DNA of 34,161 nt from Thraustochytrium aureum. Taxonomy: Eukaryota. This document shows positions 28,718-34,161 of the stretch, one piece after another (positions within the stretch are counted from its first letter, which is position 1; each line of letters opens with the position of its first letter). The DNA lies in the NCBI GenBank assembly GCA_012862495.1, contig BLSG01000149.1, positions 1 through 34,161 of the forward strand. Reading direction: 5' to 3'. Below the pieces are notes generated by a model. The model was not told where the DNA came from, did not search any database, and was given only the letters and a program-made list of their open reading frames with translations. The translations under genes were made by a program, and so were the position numbers.

Positions 28718-30711
28718 ATGCAGGTCCTTGACTCGCTGTCCGCGAAGCTGTATGCGCGCTTGCACAGGCGCCGCACGATCTCGTTTGCGGTGTATTTGGT
28801 GGAGCTGCTCGTCGTGTACGAGCTCGTCAGGTGCTTGTCGTAAGTCGGCGCCGCGCGCGAGCTGGACGCCCGGCTGGCTGGCCGGCTTGGCCGGCTTGGC
28901 TGGCTTGGCTGGCTGGCTCGGCTGATGGTCGACTGGCTCGGCTGATGGTCGACTGGCTGGTTGAATGGCTGGATGGCTGGAGAGCGGCCGGCCCGCGGTA
29001 AAGCAGAAAAGCTGACGGCAGACGACGCGACGAGCCCGGCAACAGGTTTGCAGTACGGCACAGCGAGCTCATCGATGGTGCACGGCTCGAGCGATGCGGG
29101 CCAACGGCGGCAGATGCGATCCCAGAGAACCTCGAGGTGGAGCTGACGGACGGGCGCGTCTCGGTGAACGTCCCTGGCCCCGTTGTTATCGAGCTGCCGC
29201 AATGCGTGCAGGACTCGTTCGGGCTCGCAGCGAGCTACCTGAGCCACGGCGCCCTTGAGCCGCACGAGGTGTGGTACTCGGTGGCCCCCTTTGTTGTTAT
29301 ACTTGACCGGAAATCGCTGCGCGTCGACCCGCTCGACGCCGTGGAGGAGGCGATGGCAGGCGCCAAGACGCGGGCCGGAAAGCGTCGCCTCACGGCCATG
29401 CCCTACGACTTTGACGCGGTGTTTCTCGTGGTGGGCCCACGAAAGGCACGGCTTTTAGAGATTGCCCCTGTCGGATACATCGTCAAGCAGGCCGTGCGGC
29501 TTGGTGCCAAACCAGACCTCCACGCCCAGACGGCGGGCAAGGCTGCAGGAGCGCGGATGGACCGCGCGTCCGCCAAGGCGGGTCTGCAGGCCTTTGCCAA
29601 GCGGCTCGATGACGAGCCGTTCTTGCGGGTCTTCGTGTACACCCACTTGATCCTCCTTCTCCTCTCGACCGGGTTTGTGATTGGCCTGCTATCCAGTTTG
29701 GAGCTCCTCATCACTTCGAGCATCCTGTCGGCGGGCGTGCGCAAAGACCGCCTCACGCCAAGCATGCGCTTCTGGACGATAAAGCGACACCTTGCGGCTC
29801 ATGGCGAACGCGGCGCCCTCACGGACGAGCAGCTCGAGGCGGAACAGCGCACGCTGCAAGAGTGGTACTTTGACCCCGAGCGCGGCTCCGTGAGGCGCGC
29901 CGAGGCGTTCGAGGCCATGGCGCAACTCGAGTTTTACTTTGTAGGAATTGCCGTGCACAGCGCCACGCTGGCCCTTCTTGTAGACGCCGTCTACCCGGTC
30001 CCCATCGGCAACACGATAAGCGCAGGCGGCATCATCCACCTGATCTCGTCCGCCTTGGTGGTGCGATACATCGCGCTGCCGGGCCTGCTCATCGACGCGT
30101 TTCTCGCGCCGCGCCTAGTAGAGCTGCACCGCCAAGCCGCGAACGTCGCTATTGATCGTGCTCCTGCTCGCAGGGCCAACCCGGGGGCCAACCCGGCGCC
30201 CCGCGCGCTCTCGCGCGCTGAGGTGGCCTGGGCCTCCTTTGTGCGCGACCAACGCCACATTTACGCGACGCTGCGGTCCCCGGTGCTCTCGTTTCGCGCC
30301 AAGACGCTCACGGTCGCACATAGGATGCGCTACGTCCAGAGTAAATTTTACTCGGGCCCGGCCCCAGTCCACGTTGTGCATGTCTGGTCACGCCTTAACG
30401 ACGGGCCTGACGCGAGCGGGGGTCCTGGTTGGTGCTACGGGCTTTCGACAAAGTCTGGGGCCTGGGTTCTAATCTGCTCGTACGATCACCCATGCAGCGT
30501 GGCCGGCGCGCGAGCACTCGCCACGTTTCCGGGCACAATAATCGTTGCCGACCGCGAGTCGGACGGCGACTGCCCCCCAAGCCTGCTCCCAACGCAGGGC
30601 GAGCTGGACGACCTGCAAACCCGTCTCGCTTCGTTAAAGGCCGAGTTGGCTCGACTGCGCCAAGCCGAGGCCGACTCGGCTGCTCGGGCGACGAGGAGGC
30701 GGGCCAACTGA
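28718..30711 (+). CDS. Hypothetical multi-pass membrane protein; two exons 28718-28839 and 29022-30711
   Basis: Exon 1 (ATG 28718) reads MQVLDSLSAKLYARLHRRRTISFAVYLVELLVVYELVRCL. Donor GTAAGT at 28840, branch-like gctgac at 29011, acceptor CAG ending 29021. The phase-2 splice joins in frame with ORF 29137..30711, which has several hydrophobic segments and a C-terminal coiled coil. Confidence 0.7.
28840..29021 (+). other. Predicted 182-nt spliceosomal intron filled with GGCT-type repeats
   Basis: GTAAGT...ggctggctggccggcttggccggcttggctggcttggctggctggctcgg...gctgacggcAG; splicing restores the frame exactly. Confidence 0.75.
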
Positions 30712-30953
30712 TGACCGAGGCGCAGCTCTGCCGAAACCAAAAACAAAAGACACCGCAATAATTCTCCTGAAACAAGATACAACACACGAAAACGTGCAGG
30801 CTTCCGCGCTGCCCTTCCTGTCTATTTCTGCGAAAGGCACGCAATCTGTCTACGAGAGCTGCAGAGTCCCAACACGCGCCGTCGTCGACCGCCAAGGTCG
30901 GCGACGAGGCACACCGCGGCCCAAAAGGCAGCTGCAGCGGTGGCTACCGGGCA

Positions 30954-31023
30954 TCCTAGGCCCCGCTTGCAGCAGCATCCTCGAGCGTCCTAGGCCCCGC
31001 TTGCAGCAGCATCCTCGAGCGTC
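30954..31023. repeat. Exact 34-bp tandem duplication spanning the stop codon of the GT-sulfotransferase gene
   Basis: tcctaggccccgcttgcagcagcatcctcgagcg at 30954-30987 and 30988-31021. Confidence 0.9.
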
Positions 31024-33114
31024 ATGCCCGCCTCGTACCCGTAACGTTGGGCAAGATCAAACACGTCGCGAGCGAGCTTCTTGTCGTATGCGAGGAGGTC
31101 GGCCCACGTGACGTCCGGGAGCCGAAGCTTTTCGCGCTCCGGCGAAGTGTGGAACGCTGCCCGCGGGATGGCGTGCGGCAAAGACGCGCTGTCGAGGTCC
31201 GTGAGACCGAGACCCGAGACGAGCACGGCGGGGTCGAGGTCCTCCAAGCGCAAGTGCGTGCGCTGCGGGAAGCGCCGCTCAATGAGCAGGTTCCAGTCCA
31301 GCCAGTAGATAGCCGAGCGCCCGATGTCGTCAACAGGCCAGTCTGCCCGCATCCGCCGCAAGTGGGCCTCCGCAAAGCGCCAGCTCTTGGCGTCCGAGCG
31401 CTGGCCGAGCAACAAGTCCCTGTCCCCCCGACCGCAAAAGCAGCGCCGCGTGCTGCTTATCACTTTGAGCGGATGCCGCGTGAGCTGGACAACCGGCCCA
31501 AACACGGGCGTGCCTGCCACGCCGCGCGTGAGTCGCTTGCGAAGCAACTGCGACTGCAGCGTCTCGAACGGGTATCGCGGCGCGTCCGCGGCGTACAGCC
31601 ACGACACGCTAACGGCCCCCAAGCGCGCGTTCTCGTGGACAGCTGGGACCCCAATCGACTTGAGATACTGCATGACGGACAGCGTGCCGCTCCGCCCGCA
31701 ACCGGTGATGAGGGGGATTGTGGACGGCGCGGCCAAGGCGGCAGGAGCGGGGCGCCGCAGAACGGGTCTCTGCAGCACGCGCGTCGGAGTCGGGAGCGTA
31801 GTCAGCAGTGCCTCGGGGCAGTACTGGTTCAGGTTGAAACGAGCCGCTCCGAGGGCGCTCTGCGCGGTGTGCATCTTGAGGACGGTGCAGTCCAGGCGCT
31901 GGGCCACAGAGAGCCAGTAGTCACTGCGCCAAGCCGCGAGGTCGGCCTGCATCTTGTCGAGCTTGGCCGGGTCTGCAAGCAGGGTTTCGAGCCGGCTCGG
32001 CAGCTGGTCCCAGCTCTGCAGGACGACAAACGGCGCCCCAGACGCCAATAGCGGCCCAAACGCGTCTTTGCAGGCGTGGCTNNNNNNNNNNNNNNNNNNN
32101 NNNNNNNNNNNNNNNNNNNNNNNNNNNNNNNNNNNNNNNNNNNNNNNNNNNNNNNNNNNNNNNNNNNNNNNNNNNNNNNNNNNNNNNNNNNNNNNNNNNN
32201 NNNNNNNNNNNNNNNNNNNNNNNNNNNNNNNNNNNNNNNNNNNNNNNTGGCGGCGCCGGGGTCGCGCAGCACGCCCACCAGCGTCGTCCGCGACGGGCTC
32301 GTCGGCGCGCCAATGAAATTGAACGGCAGCGCACGCTGCGACGCCGGGCGCACTTCGTCTTGGTTTACGGGAGCAAACTCGAACCGCGGCCCGAGCGGCA
32401 GATATGCCGACGAGTAGCCGCTGGAAGCGTACTGGCGGAGAGGCACCTTGGCGGCGTCGCCGCAAAAGTAAGGGCCGCACCGGCACATCTCGTCGCCCAC
32501 GACTGCCAGTGTGCCAGGCGGCAGCGCTCGGCCGCGGACGAGGGCGTTTTGGAAAACAAGGTTGAGAATTGGCCAGTCCGGCTCGCACGCCGGCGCATTC
32601 GCAATCGGGTCTGAACTGCTCAGGGCTCCGCTCTGTACAAAGACGCGAACGGACTCTTGCAGTTGCTTGCTTGGGACAAACTTTAGCCTCCCCCAAACTG
32701 CGCAAAGTAGTTCCGGATGAACACGGAGGCGACGCGCGGATTGGGGGCCCTCACGCAAACGTTGACCTCTGCGCCGCCGCCCTCGGCGGCGCTGGCATCT
32801 CCGTCTGGTTCGTAGCCGTCCTGCTCGTCAGTCTTGAGCACGGGACGTGTTTCTTCGACCCTCGCAGAGGCTAGCTTGGTGTTGAATTGCACTCCGACGA
32901 TGGTTTCATTGCTCGAGGTCAGTGGCCGCGAGATCACCACCAAGCCCACCGCGAGCAGCGCAAGAACCACCAGCCCAGCATCGCGCCACTGCCTGAGCCG
33001 CAGCCCTCTGCTGACCCCTTTGGCGTCGTCCTCCTGCTCAACAAGCAGGCTATCCGTCGCCTCAGCTCTACTCGCGCCATCGAGCCTCCTGTTCGGTCTC
33101 GGCCGCCCCAGCAT
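30990..33114 (-). CDS. Type II Golgi-type protein: RXYLT1/TMEM5-like (exostosin/GT47-related) glycosyltransferase fused to a C-terminal sulfotransferase-like domain; frameshift at 32690-32694 and N-gap 32082-32247
   Basis: ORF 32683..33114 gives the cytosolic tail, TM (AGLVVLALLAVGLVVI) and stem. ORF 31829..32758 gives VVGDEMC, LRQY, YLPLGPRFEF, RALPFNFIGAPTSPSRTTL. ORF 30990..32705 gives LLASGAPFVVLQSWDQLP...LAAW, then ITGCGRSGT, VHE, VSW, LTRHPLKVISS, YWLDWNLLIE, LRLEDL. Confidence 0.8.
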
Positions 33115-33305
33115 TGCGCCAGCCTCGTCGCGGCCACCCCGCGTAGTCCGCTGGTAGCCCAGGACGTCGCTGCGACGACTTTGCTGAGTGTGAGCTCAAC
33201 CAAGACCGCGCTGAAAGGCCAGCCTCTTCGCGTTGCAGGTCTGCGTGACCTGCACGCACCGCTCGAGTGCTGCTGGGATGCACTTGTTGCAGTCAGCGAG
33301 TGTTG

Positions 33306-33555
33306 CAGGGCTGCGAGCCACCTGAACTCAGCTTCGTCTTGAACTAGGTTTCCCCACGCGTAGCAGGTCAGCGAGCCAGGCGGTCCCAAAGCTCAAGAAC
33401 GTCGTCCTCCGCTCGCGCGTAGCACGCCAGCGAGCCAGGCGGTCCACGCTCTTCTTGATCTCGGAGATCTTCTGCGGCTTGAAACAGGTCAGCGAGCCAG
33501 GCGGTCCAACCCTGCTCTCTGCGCGCGCGCTGCAGGTCTGCGAGCCAGCCAGTCC
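33306..33555. repeat. Cluster of about 23-bp direct repeats separated by 25-39 bp intervening segments
   Basis: caggtcagcgagccaggcggtcc identical at 33364-33386 and 33485-33507, 2 mismatches at 33423-33445, degenerate at 33533-33555 and 33306-33328. Confidence 0.75.
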
Positions 33556-33942
33556 CAGCCACTTGGCCTTGTGGGTCTGCTCCGGCGCGTTGTGGGTCTG
33601 GTCGGGTCGGCTCCTGTCGTGGGCGTATAACCTGTAGCTCGTCCAATCCTACCCCCCGGGTAATAAATCACTAGTACTTATTGAATTCTATGCCCCAGAT
33701 AGTAGCGAGATTCCGTGCGTCTATGCCGCAATGCCCCCATGTGCTTGGCTGTAGTTTGTCGCAAGGCGCGATGGTTGAGGGTTGCGCGCGAGCCCGCGGC
33801 GCTCGGCGGGACGATTGCTCTGGCGCCACCTGGGCGCTGTGCTGTGGATGCGGTGGAGATGGCGCGCGTGGCTGGCGCCGCCGGCTTTGGCTGGCTGGCT
33901 GGCTGGCTGGTCGTCGGTTTGCCGGAAGCGTCGTGCTTGCGC

Positions 33943-34161
33943 CTAGTGGGCCTCGAGCGCGCTCTGGAGGCTGCGAAACGTCGGCAGCGCCGGGTCGCTG
34001 GCGTCGGCGTGATTGAGGTACACCGCTAAGGATGAGCGCGCCAAGTCAAGGGCCGCTGAGACGGTGGCTTGGCTCGCCAAGCGAGCCTTGTCGCCCGGCG
34101 AGAGATTTTGGACGCGGTCAAGCCACCGCGCCGCTGCGAGAGCCGCGTTCTTGTGACGTCC
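33943..34161 (-). CDS. 3' end of an unidentified gene running in from the right edge
   Basis: Open frame from 34161 to TAG at 33945-33943: GRHKNAALAAARWLDRVQNLSPGDKARLASQATVSAALDLARSSLAVYLNHADASDPALPTFRSLQSALEAH*, helical protein-like composition; absent from the ORF track. Confidence 0.55.
   Translation of the reverse strand, partial: GRHKNAALAAARWLDRVQNLSPGDKARLASQATVSAALDLARSSLAVYLNHADASDPALPTFRSLQSALEAH

Noticed and set aside
12569..33114. Carbohydrate-active gene cluster (LPMO-GH18, SGNH, GT-sulfotransferase)
   Set aside because: The genes are about 7-8 kb apart and interleaved with housekeeping genes, with no evidence of co-regulation.
33306..33555. CRISPR array
   Set aside because: Only three good copies, uneven spacers, no clear palindrome or leader, no cas genes and a eukaryotic context. 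Kept only as an unexplained repeat cluster.
1..34161. tRNA, rRNA, telomeric repeats or an intact mobile element
   Set aside because: None recognised by eye. tRNAscan-SE, Infernal and RepeatModeler would be needed to exclude them formally.

Overview
GC-rich, gene-dense, intron-poor eukaryotic DNA, most consistent with a stramenopile-type protist such as a labyrinthulomycete/thraustochytrid (taxonomy is inference only). Eleven N-blocks are present, most inside genes. Gene order: partial HET-E/NWD-like WD40 repeat protein (+); membrane-anchored cyclophilin (+); F-box-like/kinesin motor fusion (+); D-aminoacyl-tRNA deacylase with a PYM/eIF2A-like tail (-); VPS51 (+); secreted AA15-type LPMO/linker/Cys module/GH18 chitinase fusion (+); POLD2 (+); PDZ/coiled-coil/TM protein (-); SOS1-like Na+/H+ antiporter (+); type II membrane SGNH hydrolase (-); HET/TIR-like + TPR protein (-); a two-exon unknown membrane protein whose first exon is missing from the ORF track (+); RXYLT1/exostosin-like glycosyltransferase fused to a sulfotransferase (-); and a partial gene at the right edge (-). 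The most notable signals are the domain fusions, two immune-receptor-like repeat proteins, GGCT-repeat-filled introns and a regularly spaced 23-bp repeat cluster at 33.3-33.6 kb. Three single-base frameshifts lie in short homopolymer runs and may be sequencing errors. No rRNA, tRNA, cas genes or intact transposon were recognised.
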